Shown: positions 26,890 to 39,619, counted from the first letter of the stretch. The stretch: 45,988 nt of DNA from Roseiflexus sp. (GCA_025055265.1 JANWXL010000271.1:1-45988), one strand, 5' to 3'. Made by a program: numbers and translations. Notes: generated from the letters alone by a model not told the origin.

Positions 26890-27621
26890 ATGGCTGAACC
26901 TCGATATCGCCGCATTCTGCTCAAACTGAGCGGCGAGGCGCTTGCAGGCGGCGGCGCTCACTCAATCGATCCGCAGATGCTCGAGTATTACGCGCAGGAG
27001 ATTGAACGCGTGCTTCGGCTTGGCGTACAGGTTGCGGTTGTGTTGGGCGGGGGAAATATCTGGCGCGGCAATCAGGCGATTGCGCGCGGCATGGACGCGG
27101 CGCAATCGCACTACATGGGGATGCTGGCGACGATTATCAACGCACTGGCGCTTCAGGATGCACTGGAGCGCCGGGGCGTCTTTACACGAGCTATGACTGC
27201 GATTAAAATGGATGAAGTTGCCGAGCCGTATATTCGCCGACGCGCCACGCGCCACCTGGAAAAGGGGCGCGTTATTATCCTCGCCGCTGGCACAGGCAAC
27301 CCGTACTTCACAACCGATAGCGCAGCAGCGCTGCGTGCGGCGGAGATTCACGCCGAAATCATTCTGATGGCAAAGAACGGCGTTGACGGCGTCTACAGCG
27401 CCGATCCGCGTCGGTATCCTGACGCGAAACGCTTTGAATACATCAGTTATATGGAAGCGCTGAGTCGCGGGTTGACCGTGATGGATAGCACCGCCCTGAC
27501 CTTTTGTATGGATAATAACATTCCTATCATCGTGTTTGATCCGCTGACGCCGGGAAATATTGAGCGGATCGTCCTGGGGGAGCACGTCGGCACGCTGGTC
27601 AGCAATCATCCGTTGCAATAG
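26890..27621 (+). CDS. pyrH: UMP kinase
   Basis: [32 protein letters not shown]. Confidence 0.97.
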   Translation: MAEPRYRRILLKLSGEALAGGGAHSIDPQMLEYYAQEIERVLRLGVQVAVVLGGGNIWRGNQAIARGMDAAQSHYMGMLATIINALALQDALERRGVFTRAMTAIKMDEVAEPYIRRRATRHLEKGRVIILAAGTGNPYFTTDSAAALRAAEIHAEIILMAKNGVDGVYSADPRRYPDAKRFEYISYMEALSRGLTVMDSTALTFCMDNNIPIIVFDPLTPGNIERIVLGEHVGTLVSNHPLQ

Positions 27622-27669
27622 CGCCAGGCCGCCGACGACTCCGCTGCAGAGAAGGAAACGAGGAAACGT

Positions 27670-28227
27670 ATGGTCAATGACGTCCTGCGTGAGGCTGAAA
27701 GCCGAATGAAAAAGGCGACCGAGGCGCTGCGCAACCATCTGGCGACCATTCGGACGGGGCGGGCGTCGCCGGCGCTGGTGGAGCATCTGCACGTCGAGGC
27801 GTATGGATCAACGCTGCCGTTGAATCAGCTTGCGACCATCACTGTGCCAGAGCCGCGTATGCTGGTGATCCAGCCGTTCGACGTAAATACGGTCAAGGCG
27901 ATTACCAAGGCGATCATGAACTCTGAACTCGGCATCACACCCACCGACGATGGACGTCTGATTCGCCTGGCGATCCCGCAGTTGACCGAGGCGCGGCGTA
28001 AGGAGTTGACCAAACTGGTGCGCGCCCGCGTGGAGGAGTCGAAGGTGGCGCTGCGCAATATCCGCCGTGAGGCGCTCGAAGATCTGCGTGACCTGGAGCA
28101 CGAAAAGATGATCTCGGAGGACGAGCATCGCCGCGCTCAGGAGAAGTTGCAAGAGCTGACCGATCGCTACGTGCGGGAACTTGATCATATTGGGGCTGTC
28201 AAAGAAGCTGAAGTGATGGAAATCTGA
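27670..28227 (+). CDS. frr: Ribosome recycling factor
   Basis: [22 protein letters not shown]. Confidence 0.97.
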   Translation: MVNDVLREAESRMKKATEALRNHLATIRTGRASPALVEHLHVEAYGSTLPLNQLATITVPEPRMLVIQPFDVNTVKAITKAIMNSELGITPTDDGRLIRLAIPQLTEARRKELTKLVRARVEESKVALRNIRREALEDLRDLEHEKMISEDEHRRAQEKLQELTDRYVRELDHIGAVKEAEVMEI

Positions 28228-28338
28228 TCGGCGACTGTTCGGGCGGTGCGCTGCGCGTAGCATCGGCGCCGCTGGCGCCCCGCTCATCAGCGCTCGTATC
28301 TGCTGAACGGCTCAATTTCGTGATAGGATACTGGTGAC

Positions 28339-29049
28339 ATGTCGCAGCGCGCACGCATTCCCCGGCATATTGCAATCATTATGGATGGGAATGGTCGCTG
28401 GGCGCGCCAGCGCCATTTGCCGCGCCTCGCCGGTCATCGCGCCGGCACGGAGAATATTCGCCGGATTGTGACGGAGTGCGCCGAGCAGGGTGTGCAGTAC
28501 CTGACGCTCTATGCGTTTTCGACCGAAAACTGGTCGCGACCGTCGGCGGAAGTCGATGGCCTGATGCGCATCCTGAGCGATTTTATCGACCGCGAGACGA
28601 TCAATCTGCACCGCGAAGGTGCGCGCCTGCGTCATCTCGGTCGCCTCGACAACATTTCCGCCGAACTGCGCCAGAAGATCCTCGATGCTATCGAACTGAC
28701 GCGCTATAATACCCGTATCACGCTGGCGGTCGCGTTCAATTACGGCGGACGCGCTGATATCGTCGATGCGGTGCGTGAATTGATCGCCCTCGGCGTCAGA
28801 CCCGAAGATGTCACCGAAGAGATGATCAGCGATCATCTCTCGACCCGCGGGATGCCCGACCCCGATCTGATCATTCGTACCAGCGGCGAATGGCGCCTCT
28901 CGAATTTTCTAATCTGGCAGGCCGCCTACAGCGAATACTGGACGACGCCGGTCTACTGGCCCGATTTCAGTCCTGAACATCTGCGTCAGGCGATTCACGA
29001 CTATGGACAACGCGAACGCCGCTTCGGCGGACTCTCAGAGGAATCCTAG
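28339..29049 (+). CDS. uppS: Undecaprenyl diphosphate synthase (isoprenyl transferase)
   Basis: [38 protein letters not shown]. Confidence 0.97.
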   Translation: MSQRARIPRHIAIIMDGNGRWARQRHLPRLAGHRAGTENIRRIVTECAEQGVQYLTLYAFSTENWSRPSAEVDGLMRILSDFIDRETINLHREGARLRHLGRLDNISAELRQKILDAIELTRYNTRITLAVAFNYGGRADIVDAVRELIALGVRPEDVTEEMISDHLSTRGMPDPDLIIRTSGEWRLSNFLIWQAAYSEYWTTPVYWPDFSPEHLRQAIHDYGQRERRFGGLSEES

Positions 29050-29893
29050 CGCGTTGGTCCAACGGGTGCTGAGCGCAGTCGTGCTGCTGCCGCTCGTGGT
29101 CGTCTGCGTGTGGTGGGGCTTCTGGCCATTTACAATGCTGGCGGTCGCCGCTGCAGTCATCGGATTGGGCGAGTTGTATGCGGCGTTCAGCCACGGCGGG
29201 TACCAGTCGAACTATGCCCTCGGCGTCGTTGTGGCGGCGCTCATGTTGGGTGCAATGATCGTTCGGGCGCTGACCGGCGTCGATCTGCTGGCGCCTGCGC
29301 TCGGACTGGCGGTGATGATCAGTCTGGCAGCCTGTGCGTCGCGTCACGCGCAGCATGGCGCCGTGGCGGAGTGGGCGTTGACGTTCGGCGGCGCCCTCTA
29401 TATCGGTGGTCTCCTGGGATTTCTGATCCTGATCCGCGCTCTGGAAACCCCGCTGCACGGCGGGTTGCTCGCCCCCCTCCAGCCACAACCCGGCGCCGCC
29501 TGGATCGCTCTGGTGTTGATGGCGACCTGGGGGCAGGACGTCTTTGCCTACTTTGTCGGCAAGCGCTGGGGACGCCGCAGAATGGCGCCGTCGCTCAGCC
29601 CGCGTAAGACGTGGGAAGGCGCCGCTGGAGGGATGCTGGGCGCGCTCGCTGGCGCGTTCCTGGCGCTGGCGCTGTTTGGTTTGCCGCTCTCGCTCTGGGC
29701 GACGGCGCTTATTGGAGTTGTTGCTGGTATTGCCGGACCGATTGGCGATCTGTCCGAGTCGTTTATTAAGCGTCAGGCCGGGCTGAAAGATGCTGGCAGC
29801 CTCATCCCTGGCCATGGCGGCATCCTGGATCGGATCGATAGCGTGTTGTTCAGTGCGCCAGCAATCTACATCGCGCTCATGGTTCTGGCATAG
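29003..29893 (+). CDS. cdsA: Phosphatidate cytidylyltransferase
   Basis: [37 protein letters not shown]. Confidence 0.95.
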   Translation: MDNANAASADSQRNPSALVQRVLSAVVLLPLVVVCVWWGFWPFTMLAVAAAVIGLGELYAAFSHGGYQSNYALGVVVAALMLGAMIVRALTGVDLLAPALGLAVMISLAACASRHAQHGAVAEWALTFGGALYIGGLLGFLILIRALETPLHGGLLAPLQPQPGAAWIALVLMATWGQDVFAYFVGKRWGRRRMAPSLSPRKTWEGAAGGMLGALAGAFLALALFGLPLSLWATALIGVVAGIAGPIGDLSESFIKRQAGLKDAGSLIPGHGGILDRIDSVLFSAPAIYIALMVLA

Positions 29894-29969
29894 GGGGAAG
29901 AAGAGCGGCGCGAGGCGGTGAGAAGGTTGAAGGTGGGAAGGTTGCGGTTGAACGTTCAGGAATCTCGAT

Positions 29970-31688
29970 ATGTCTGCATCCCGGTTGTCCGCACGCAATA
30001 AACGCTGGATCGTCCACGAAACGCCGCACGAGTTCGTTGCCGCCTTTCGCCAGTTTCCGCCGCTGATCGCCGCTGTGCTCTATCAGCGTGGTCTGCGGAG
30101 CGAGAGCGCGATCCGGGAATTTTTCTCTTCCGACTATCGCCTGAACGACCCCTTCAGCCTGCGCGGCATGGAAGCGGCCGTCCAGCGGATCGTCGCGGCC
30201 ATCCAGAACCACGAACCGATGGCGGTCTATGGCGATTATGACACCGATGGCGTGACAGCCGTGACGTTGCTGGTGCAGGTCATTCGCGCCATGGGCGGAA
30301 TGATTCATCCCTATGTGCCGCATCGTGTTCGCGAGGGGTATGGTCTGAATATTGCCGCGATCAATGCACTGGCGCAAGAAGGCGTTCGCCTGCTCATCAC
30401 CGTCGATTGCGGGATCAGTAATGTGCGCGAAGCGGATCATGCCCGCGCTGTCGGGCTGGATCTCATCATTACCGACCACCACGAGCCGCCTGCGCGCCTC
30501 CCCGATGCGCTGGCAATCGTCAATCCCAAACAACCGGGGTGCCCGTATCCGTTCAAGCATCTGGTCGGCGTGGGCATTGCCTACCAACTGGCGCGTGCGC
30601 TGGTGCGACGCGGTCTGCGCTCAACGCTCCAGAAGGATGATCTGCTGGACGTCGTTGCCATTGGCACCGTCACCGACATGGGACCGCTGATCGGCGAAAA
30701 TCGCGTGCTGGTCACGCATGGCCTGAAGGCGCTCAATGCCGCACAGCGGCCGGGGGTGCGCGCGTTGATCGAAGCCGCCGGTCTGACGCCAGGCAGGGTG
30801 ACGTCGACTGACATCAGTTTTGGGCTTGGACCGCGTTTGAACGCTTCCGGTCGAATTGACAACGCGCGCTTGAGTTACGAACTGTTGCTCGCTGAAGAAC
30901 TCGATAGTGCACAACGTCTGGCGCGTGAACTGAATGTCCAGAACCGTCAGCGTCAGGATCTGTCGAAGAGTGTCCACGAGCAGGCGAGTGCGCAGATCAG
31001 GGCGCTGGGCAAGGACCGCCAGCGGATTATTGTTCTTGACGACGCCGGGTATCCGGCTGGCGTGGTCGGACTGGTAGCGGCGCGCCTGGTCGAGGAGTTT
31101 GGTCGGCCAACCGTGCTGATCGAGCGAGGTGAAACGTGGTCGCGCGGTTCGGCGCGTTCGGTTCCAGGTTTCAGCATCATTGAGGCATTAACCGCCTGCG
31201 CCGATCTGTTTGAGCGCTTCGGCGGGCACACGGAGGCCGCCGGGTTTACCATCGCCACCAACCGCCTGCCGGATCTCGAAGAGCGCCTGGTGCGCTATGC
31301 CAATCAGCGCCTGGCTGATGATCTGCTGGTTCCCAGCCTTCGGATCGATGCTGAAATTTCGCTTGGCGAACTGTCGTATGATCTGCTGAAGGAACTGACA
31401 AAACTGGAGCCATTCGGTCAGGGTAACCCGCAACCGGTGCTGATGAGCAGCCGGGTGCAGGTCATCGGCGCATGGCCGCGGGGGAGCGAAGGGCAACACC
31501 TGAAATTGCGCCTGACCGATGCCAGCGGCGCAGGTCCCTTCGATGCCATCGCGTTTCGCTTTGGGCATCTGGCGCGCTACTTTGATCAACCGCGCTGGAT
31601 CGACGTGGCATACACCTTCGAGGCCGATGAGTGGAACGGCGGTGACGCCGTGCGGTTGAATGTCAAGGATATCCGCAGCGCACGATGA
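29970..31688 (+). CDS. recJ: ssDNA-specific exonuclease RecJ
   Basis: YGDYDTDG, EGYG, TVDCG, TDHH, PRLNASGR, GSARS, FGGH. Confidence 0.96.
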   Translation: MSASRLSARNKRWIVHETPHEFVAAFRQFPPLIAAVLYQRGLRSESAIREFFSSDYRLNDPFSLRGMEAAVQRIVAAIQNHEPMAVYGDYDTDGVTAVTLLVQVIRAMGGMIHPYVPHRVREGYGLNIAAINALAQEGVRLLITVDCGISNVREADHARAVGLDLIITDHHEPPARLPDALAIVNPKQPGCPYPFKHLVGVGIAYQLARALVRRGLRSTLQKDDLLDVVAIGTVTDMGPLIGENRVLVTHGLKALNAAQRPGVRALIEAAGLTPGRVTSTDISFGLGPRLNASGRIDNARLSYELLLAEELDSAQRLARELNVQNRQRQDLSKSVHEQASAQIRALGKDRQRIIVLDDAGYPAGVVGLVAARLVEEFGRPTVLIERGETWSRGSARSVPGFSIIEALTACADLFERFGGHTEAAGFTIATNRLPDLEERLVRYANQRLADDLLVPSLRIDAEISLGELSYDLLKELTKLEPFGQGNPQPVLMSSRVQVIGAWPRGSEGQHLKLRLTDASGAGPFDAIAFRFGHLARYFDQPRWIDVAYTFEADEWNGGDAVRLNVKDIRSAR

Positions 31689-31700
31689 GGTGACGATGCG

Positions 31701-33572
31701 ATGGAAGAGATTGTTCGTTTTCTGCTGGAGCACCCGCCTTTCAGCCAGTTGCCGTTGCTTCAGATCCAGCGCATCGCAAGCGCGGTGCAGATCGAGTATT
31801 TCGGGCAGGGCGCCCACATCCTGACGCAGGGCGGGAAGCCCGCCTCGTTTCTCTACCTGATCCGGCGCGGCAGCGTTGATCTGTTGCAGGAACGGAATGG
31901 CGTGGTGGAATTGACCGACACGTTGAGTGAGGGGGAGTGTTTTGGGTATGTCTCGCTCATTCGAGGCAAACCGCCAATCAGTACTGTGCGCGCGCATGAA
32001 GCGACTCTCTGTTATCTCATCCCGGCGGCGCTGTTTCATCAGTTACGACGCGATTATCCCTCATTTGCGCAATTCTTTGCGCGGTCGATTACGGATCGGC
32101 TTGAACACGCGCTTCAGCAACGCCATGCGACCGCTGCTCCCGAACTCTTTCAGACCCGTCTGCGTGACCTGATCACCGAACCGCTGGTGACGGTGTCTCC
32201 CGACACTCCCGTGCGCGAAGCGGCGCGTCGGATGCGTGAGGCGCAGGCATCGGCGCTGATTGTTGATCTGCCGCCGTATGGCGTGCTCGACGCAGGGAGC
32301 GGCATCGTCACCGATCGTGACCTGCGCAACCGGGTTGTGGCTGAAGGTCTCGACTACAACACCCCGATTGCGCAGGTGATGAGCGCCCCTGCCATCACGG
32401 CGCCTGCCGATTGCCTGGTGTTCGAGGGGTTGCTGAAGATGATCGAACACGGCGTGCACCATCTGCCACTGAGCGATGGCGGGCAGATCATCGGCGTGGT
32501 CAGTTATCGTGATTTTTTGCGCCTGCAAAGCCACAACCCGCTGCTTATGCCGCAGCGCCTGGTGCGTGCGCACAGCGACGCCGACCTGCGCGCTTACACC
32601 GAACAGGTCACAGCCACAGTCGGCGGGTTGCTCGACGCAGGCGCCAGGGTCAGCGATATCGGGCGCGCCGTGGCGGCGGCGCATGACGCTCTGCTGGTGC
32701 ATATTATTCGGGATGCCGAGGCGGCGCTTGGTCCTCCGCCGTGCCCGTATGCCTGGCTGGTGCTGGGAAGCGAAGGGCGCTACGAACAAACGTTGCGCAC
32801 CGACCAGGACAATGCGCTGATCTACGCCGACAATGCGCCAGAAGGCGCTGAAGCCTACTTCGAGGCGCTGGCGGAACGGGTCGTTGAGCAACTGGTGCGC
32901 TGCGGCTTCCCGCGGTGCCCGGGCAATGTGATGGCGACCAACCCGCAATGGCGTCAGCCGCGATCTGTCTGGCAGAACTATTTCCGGCAGTGGATCAGCG
33001 TCCCCAGCGAAGAGGCGCTGCTCCAGACCGCAATCTTCTTCGATCTGCGTCCTGTCTACGGCACGCTGGACACCGAAGCATCGCTGCGTCCGATTATCCT
33101 CCGCGCCCGTGAGAACCGGATCTTCCTTGGAAGGCTAGCGCGCGCTGCGTTGCGTCAGACGGCGCCGATCAACTTCTTCCGTCAGTTGGTGCTGGAACGT
33201 CGCGGCGATCAGCGCGGCGTGATCGACCTGAAGTACCGCGGTACGGCGATGATCGTCGATCTGGCGCGCCTCTTCGCGCTCGAAGCAGGCGTGCCCGACA
33301 CCAATACCATCACCCGCCTGCGCAAATCGGCCAACCACAGCAGCTTGAGCGAAACCAGCGCTGAGGAGTTGATTGCCGCCTTTGAACTGATCGGACTGTT
33401 GCGTTTGCGCTGGCAGTATCAGCAACTGCGCCAGGGTCTCGAGCCGGGCAATCAGGTCGAAGTCGATAAACTGACCCCTCTCGAACGGCGGGAACTGAAA
33501 GAGGCGCTGCGTGCGGTCGCTGTAGCGCAGCGTGCGGTGGCGGTCACCTTCCAGACCAGTCTGATCGCGTGA
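31701..33572 (+). CDS. cNMP-binding plus CBS pair plus DUF294 putative nucleotidyltransferase
   Basis: N-terminal cNMP domain (LYLIRRGSV, GECFG), CBS (GIVTDRDLR, HHLP), NTase motif GSEGRYEQTLRTDQDNAL. Confidence 0.9.
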   Translation: MEEIVRFLLEHPPFSQLPLLQIQRIASAVQIEYFGQGAHILTQGGKPASFLYLIRRGSVDLLQERNGVVELTDTLSEGECFGYVSLIRGKPPISTVRAHEATLCYLIPAALFHQLRRDYPSFAQFFARSITDRLEHALQQRHATAAPELFQTRLRDLITEPLVTVSPDTPVREAARRMREAQASALIVDLPPYGVLDAGSGIVTDRDLRNRVVAEGLDYNTPIAQVMSAPAITAPADCLVFEGLLKMIEHGVHHLPLSDGGQIIGVVSYRDFLRLQSHNPLLMPQRLVRAHSDADLRAYTEQVTATVGGLLDAGARVSDIGRAVAAAHDALLVHIIRDAEAALGPPPCPYAWLVLGSEGRYEQTLRTDQDNALIYADNAPEGAEAYFEALAERVVEQLVRCGFPRCPGNVMATNPQWRQPRSVWQNYFRQWISVPSEEALLQTAIFFDLRPVYGTLDTEASLRPIILRARENRIFLGRLARAALRQTAPINFFRQLVLERRGDQRGVIDLKYRGTAMIVDLARLFALEAGVPDTNTITRLRKSANHSSLSETSAEELIAAFELIGLLRLRWQYQQLRQGLEPGNQVEVDKLTPLERRELKEALRAVAVAQRAVAVTFQTSLIA

Positions 33573-33645
33573 GGGCGTCGTGCAGTGAGCCTGTCGAACT
33601 GCACGACCGGTGACATTTCAGTCTGATCCCATGATGGGGGCTGCC

Positions 33646-34344
33646 ATGTTCCTGTTTCGCCGTCGGCCCGCCAACCTTCCTGAACCTGTGGTCCAGTATC
33701 TCGATGCGCCGCGCCCCGACCCGGCGTTGCTCTGGCGTGACGTACCATACAGCGTGATGGATGTCGAAACCACCGGGCTGAACCCGCGCCGCGACGCGCT
33801 GCTGGCGATCGGGCTGGTTGACATTGACGAAGGGCGCATCCGCATGGATCGGCGCTGGTACTCCCTGGTGCGTCCGCCAGATGATGCCCCGGTCAATCCA
33901 GAAGCCATTCGGATTCATGGCCTGCTCCCGCAGGATGTCGAGCACGCACCGCCGCTCGATGACGTGATCCCTGTGATGCTCCAGCGGCTGACAGGACGCG
34001 TGCTGGTGGTGCATGTCGCCGACGTTGACATCGGCTTTTTGCGCCAGGCGATGCGGCGGCTCTACGGGGTCGAGCCGCGCGGTCCCGCGATTGACACGGC
34101 GCGGCTGGCGTGGCATTTTCAGCGCCATCAGCATCTGATCGAAGGCTCTGGATCGGATCAGGAACCGGCGTTGCAATTGCGTGCACTGGCGGAAAGCGTT
34201 GGATTGCCCGTCTACCCCGAACACAACGCCTTCAATGATGCGCTGACGACGGCGCAGCTCTTCCTCGCTCAGGTGAGCATGTTCGAAGCGCATGGCACGC
34301 CGCGCCTGCGCGACCTCCTGCGCGCAGGCGGGTGTCTGCGGTAG
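33646..34344 (+). CDS. DEDDh 3'-5' exonuclease (DnaQ/Pol III epsilon-like)
   Basis: DVETTG (ExoI), HVADVD (ExoII), HNAFNDA (ExoIII). Start 33631-33646. Confidence 0.9.
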   Translation: MFLFRRRPANLPEPVVQYLDAPRPDPALLWRDVPYSVMDVETTGLNPRRDALLAIGLVDIDEGRIRMDRRWYSLVRPPDDAPVNPEAIRIHGLLPQDVEHAPPLDDVIPVMLQRLTGRVLVVHVADVDIGFLRQAMRRLYGVEPRGPAIDTARLAWHFQRHQHLIEGSGSDQEPALQLRALAESVGLPVYPEHNAFNDALTTAQLFLAQVSMFEAHGTPRLRDLLRAGGCLR

Positions 34345-34675
34345 ATGAGAGGCCAGAGGTGAGAGGCGTGAGGCGAGAGGTGAGAGACGTGAGGCGCACG
34401 GCGAGAGATGCGAGGCGAGAGGCGCGCGGCGTGAATGGGGAGAAGGGAGTGGGAAGCGGCAAGCGGAGTTTGGGTAAGTGGCAGACGGTGCACATTCGTT
34501 ATTCGCTTCCATTCGTTTATTCGCTTCCCCATTCGTTGACAGACGAAACAGGAGCGAGGCGCGAGGTGAGAGTGCGAGGTGCGAGGCGCGAAGCAAGAGG
34601 GGTACGAGGCGCACGGAGGGGCGCATTCGTTCTTCGGCGCCATTCGTTTATTCGTTTCCCTATTCGTTGACAGCG
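34345..34675. repeat. Compound intergenic repeat: (GxGAGGC)n heptamers alternating with two approximately 50-bp ATTCG-rich direct repeats
   Basis: CATTCGTT.TTCG...CCATTCGTTTATTCG.TTCCC.ATTCGTTGACAG at about 34492 and about 34624, each preceded by a heptamer run. Confidence 0.8.
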
Positions 34676-34747
34676 CATAGCATGAGGTGTGCGGCGCGTT
34701 TACCTTGCTTCATTTTTACAAAATCTTGATGTTAGCCTTAAGTTGAC

Positions 34748-34777
34748 TTGACATCATCCGCATATAGTGTTTACAAT
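34748..34777 (+). promoter_or_regulatory. Promoter of the acyl-CoA synthetase pair
   Basis: TTGACA, 18-nt spacer, TACAAT. Confidence 0.65.
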
Positions 34778-34902
34778 CAGTACACACATCCCCGCATATG
34801 CCCGAGTCTGGTGTAAGCCCTGTACAGCACGATGTCGTGCGGCGACGGGCGCTCTCCGCGAGTCGCTCTAATCGCACAGCATTGACGCCAGGAGGTGAAC
34901 GA

Positions 34903-36822
34903 ATGACACTCACCCACGCGATTGGTTCGACCAACAACGTCGCAGTCGCTGACGTTGTCGTTGGTCCGCTGGAGGAAGCCGCTCGCACTGCGAACCTGAG
35001 CGACTATGAGTCGGTCTACCGTCGTTCAATCGAAGATCCGCATGGGTTTTGGGCAGAGGCAGCCCAGGCGCTGCACTGGTTTGAGCCGTTTCACACCGTG
35101 CTCGATGACAGCAATGCCCCTTTCTACAAATGGTTCGTTGGCGGCAAGACGAACATGGCGTACAACGCCCTTGATCGTCACGTGCAGACATGGCGCAAAA
35201 ACAAGGTGGCGCTGATCTGGGAGAGTGAAGACGGCATCGTTCGCACCTACACCTACTGGCAACTCTACCGCGATGTGAACAAGTTCGCCAATGTGCTTAA
35301 ATCGCTTGGTGTGCGCAAGGGGGATCGGGTGGCCATCTACACCGGACGCTGTCCAGAGCAGGCGATTGCCATGCTGGCGTGCGCCCGGATTGGCGCCGTT
35401 CATACTGTCGTCTACGGCGGTCTTTCGACCGAGGCGCTGCGCAGCCGTATCGAGGATGCGCACGCCAAAGTGCTGGTAGTGGCGGATGGCAGCCTGCTGA
35501 ATGGGAAGATTGTCAAGCTGAAAGAGATTGCGGATCAGGCCGTTGATCACGCTCCGTCGATCGAAACGTGCGTGGTCATCAAACGCACCGGGCACGAGGT
35601 CGATATTCGCGCCGGGCGCGACTACTGGTGGCATGAACTGATGAGTCTGCCAATCGCCTCAGCGCGCTGCGAGAGCGAGCCGCTCGATGCGGAAGACCCC
35701 TTCTTCATCATCTATACCTCCGGTTCCACCGGCAAACCTAAGGGTGTGGTCCATACCCTTGGCGGCTACATGGTGGACGTGTACACCACGCTGAAGTATG
35801 TGCTCGACTTCAAAGAGGAAGATACGCTCTTCTGCACCTCCGATGCGGGCTGGATTGTCGGGCACTCGATTGTGCTGTATGGGCCGTTAATGCACGGCAT
35901 CACGACGCTGATGTACGAAGGCGCGCCCGCCTATCCTTACCCGGATCGCTGGTGGCACCTGATCGAACGGCATGGCGTCACGCTGATGTTCACGGCGCCA
36001 ACCGGCGTGCGCGGGTTGATGCGGTATGGCGATGCCTGGCCCAAGCGTCGCGATCTGAGCACGCTCCGTCTGCTGGCGTGCGCGGGTGAACCGCTCAACC
36101 CCGAAGCCTGGCGCTGGTTCTATGAAGTGATCGGACAGCGGCGCTGCCCGGTGATCGACAACTGGTGGCAGACTGAAACCTCACGTCCGATGATTTCGAA
36201 CTTCGCCTCACTGCCAATGAAGCCAGGGTCGTGCGGATTCCCTGTGCCCGGGGTTGAAATCGATGTCGTTGATGAGCAGGGGCAGAGCGTGCCGCCGGGC
36301 GTCGAGGGTTCACTGGTCATCAAGCGCCCCTGGCCCGCGATGTTGCGCACCATCTATGGCGACGATCAGCGTTATATCGAGCAGTACTGGAGCCGCTACC
36401 CCGGCATGTATCTGACCGGCGACGCTGCCAAGCGCGACGCCGACGGGTATCTGTGGATCATTGGCCGCACCGACGACGTCATCAAGGTTTCCGGGTATCG
36501 CCTTGGCACTGCCGAAGTCGAAAGCGCTCTCGTGTCGCATCCGGCGGTGGCGGAAGCCGCCGTCATCGGATTGCCGCATCCGGTTCGCGGGAATGCAATC
36601 CATGCCTTCGTTCTGTTGCGCGCCGGATATTCGCCATCGGAAGAACTGGCGAATGAATTAAAAGCGCACGTCGGCAAAGTGATGGGACCCATCGCCAAGC
36701 CGGAAACAATTTCGTTCCCGCCGACGCTGCCCAAAACACGGTCTGGTAAGATCATGCGCCGTGTCTTGCGCGCGCAGGCGCTCGGCGAACCGCTTGGCGA
36801 TCTCAGTACGATGGAAGGGTGA
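34903..36822 (+). CDS. Short-chain acyl-CoA synthetase, propionyl-CoA synthetase (PrpE)-like pocket
   Basis: YTSGSTGKPKG, WWQTET, PKTRSGKIMRR; SDAGWIVGHS and ACAGEPLN. GGAGGT RBS. Confidence 0.9.
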   Translation: MTLTHAIGSTNNVAVADVVVGPLEEAARTANLSDYESVYRRSIEDPHGFWAEAAQALHWFEPFHTVLDDSNAPFYKWFVGGKTNMAYNALDRHVQTWRKNKVALIWESEDGIVRTYTYWQLYRDVNKFANVLKSLGVRKGDRVAIYTGRCPEQAIAMLACARIGAVHTVVYGGLSTEALRSRIEDAHAKVLVVADGSLLNGKIVKLKEIADQAVDHAPSIETCVVIKRTGHEVDIRAGRDYWWHELMSLPIASARCESEPLDAEDPFFIIYTSGSTGKPKGVVHTLGGYMVDVYTTLKYVLDFKEEDTLFCTSDAGWIVGHSIVLYGPLMHGITTLMYEGAPAYPYPDRWWHLIERHGVTLMFTAPTGVRGLMRYGDAWPKRRDLSTLRLLACAGEPLNPEAWRWFYEVIGQRRCPVIDNWWQTETSRPMISNFASLPMKPGSCGFPVPGVEIDVVDEQGQSVPPGVEGSLVIKRPWPAMLRTIYGDDQRYIEQYWSRYPGMYLTGDAAKRDADGYLWIIGRTDDVIKVSGYRLGTAEVESALVSHPAVAEAAVIGLPHPVRGNAIHAFVLLRAGYSPSEELANELKAHVGKVMGPIAKPETISFPPTLPKTRSGKIMRRVLRAQALGEPLGDLSTMEG

Positions 36823-36870
36823 CAGGATTCGGTTGCCTGATAGTGTCAGTATGCTTAGGGAGGAATCTGC

Positions 36871-38823
<1,953 letters not shown>

Positions 38824-38844
38824 ACGCCTATTCTGCGCCTGCTC

Positions 38845-38959
38845 TAGAGGATGTCTCTGAACGTTTGACGCGAAGGCGCGAAGACGCAGAGGTTGTCATC
38901 TTGATCGCCAGACTGTGCGCCTTTGCGTCTTCGCGTCAACGTGTTTGAAAAATGCTCTA
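38845..38959. repeat. MITE-like nested inverted-repeat element between convergent genes
   Basis: Outer TAGAGGAT.. / ..ATGCTCTA; inner TTGACGCGAAGGCGCGAAGACGCAGAG / CTGTGCGCCTTTGCGTCTTCGCGTCAA. Confidence 0.65.
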
Positions 38960-38990
38960 CCGGCAGCTTTGAACCTTCACTGCTGAATGT

Positions 38991-39539
38991 TCATTCGACG
39001 TGGTATGCCAGGACGACCAGATTATGCGGCTTTCCCTGGCGATCGCGGATGTGATTGACGAGGCGCCCTTCGAGTTTGAAGCCCAGGCGAGTAAAAATGG
39101 CCTGGCCGGCGGTCTGTTCCTCAACCATGTCGACGAACACTTTTGCTGCTCCCAGTTTGCGCGCATGGGCGACAATTTCGCCTGCCATGACGGTGCCAAG
39201 CCCGCAGCGTCGCCAGGCTTTGTCAACGATCAATTGAATATCCGCCACGTGGCTCGAACGGCCCGGCAACTGGCGCGCCGAGGCATACGCAACAATCGCG
39301 CCGTCGGGCGCCACTGCCACGATCTGTCGCCAGTGCTCGGCATCGCGTGCGTTGACCAGACGCGCCACCACTTCCGGGCTGCGCAGGTCATTCTCGGCAT
39401 GCAGCCAGTCGTTCTCGGGCAGCGCCGCTCCGAACGCGATCAGGCGCTCATTGTCTCCCGCCTCTATCAGACGAATGTGAACGGTGCGTCCGTCACGCAG
39501 CGCGGCGTCGAAAGGAACCTGTGGAGGGGCAGTCGTCAT
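38991..39539 (-). CDS. GNAT family N-acetyltransferase
   Basis: LRDGRTVHIRL, VDKAWRRCGLGT (acetyl-CoA-binding motif A), FTRLGF. AGGAG RBS; TGGTATAAT extended -10 at 39589-39597 (minus strand). Confidence 0.88.
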   Translation of the reverse strand: MTTAPPQVPFDAALRDGRTVHIRLIEAGDNERLIAFGAALPENDWLHAENDLRSPEVVARLVNARDAEHWRQIVAVAPDGAIVAYASARQLPGRSSHVADIQLIVDKAWRRCGLGTVMAGEIVAHARKLGAAKVFVDMVEEQTAGQAIFTRLGFKLEGRLVNHIRDRQGKPHNLVVLAYHVE

Positions 39540-39619
39540 TGGCAGCTCCTGTCGTGGTAACCAAACCGTGAAATCTTGCACAACATCGATTATACCATTG
39601 TCGGTTCACAGGAGTTTGT

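Noticed and set aside
33544-34670. ORFs with SRLSPL/ASHL repeats (33544-34626, 34269-34643, 34332-34670)
   Set aside because: They are translations of intergenic heptamer repeats and the antisense strand of the exonuclease gene.
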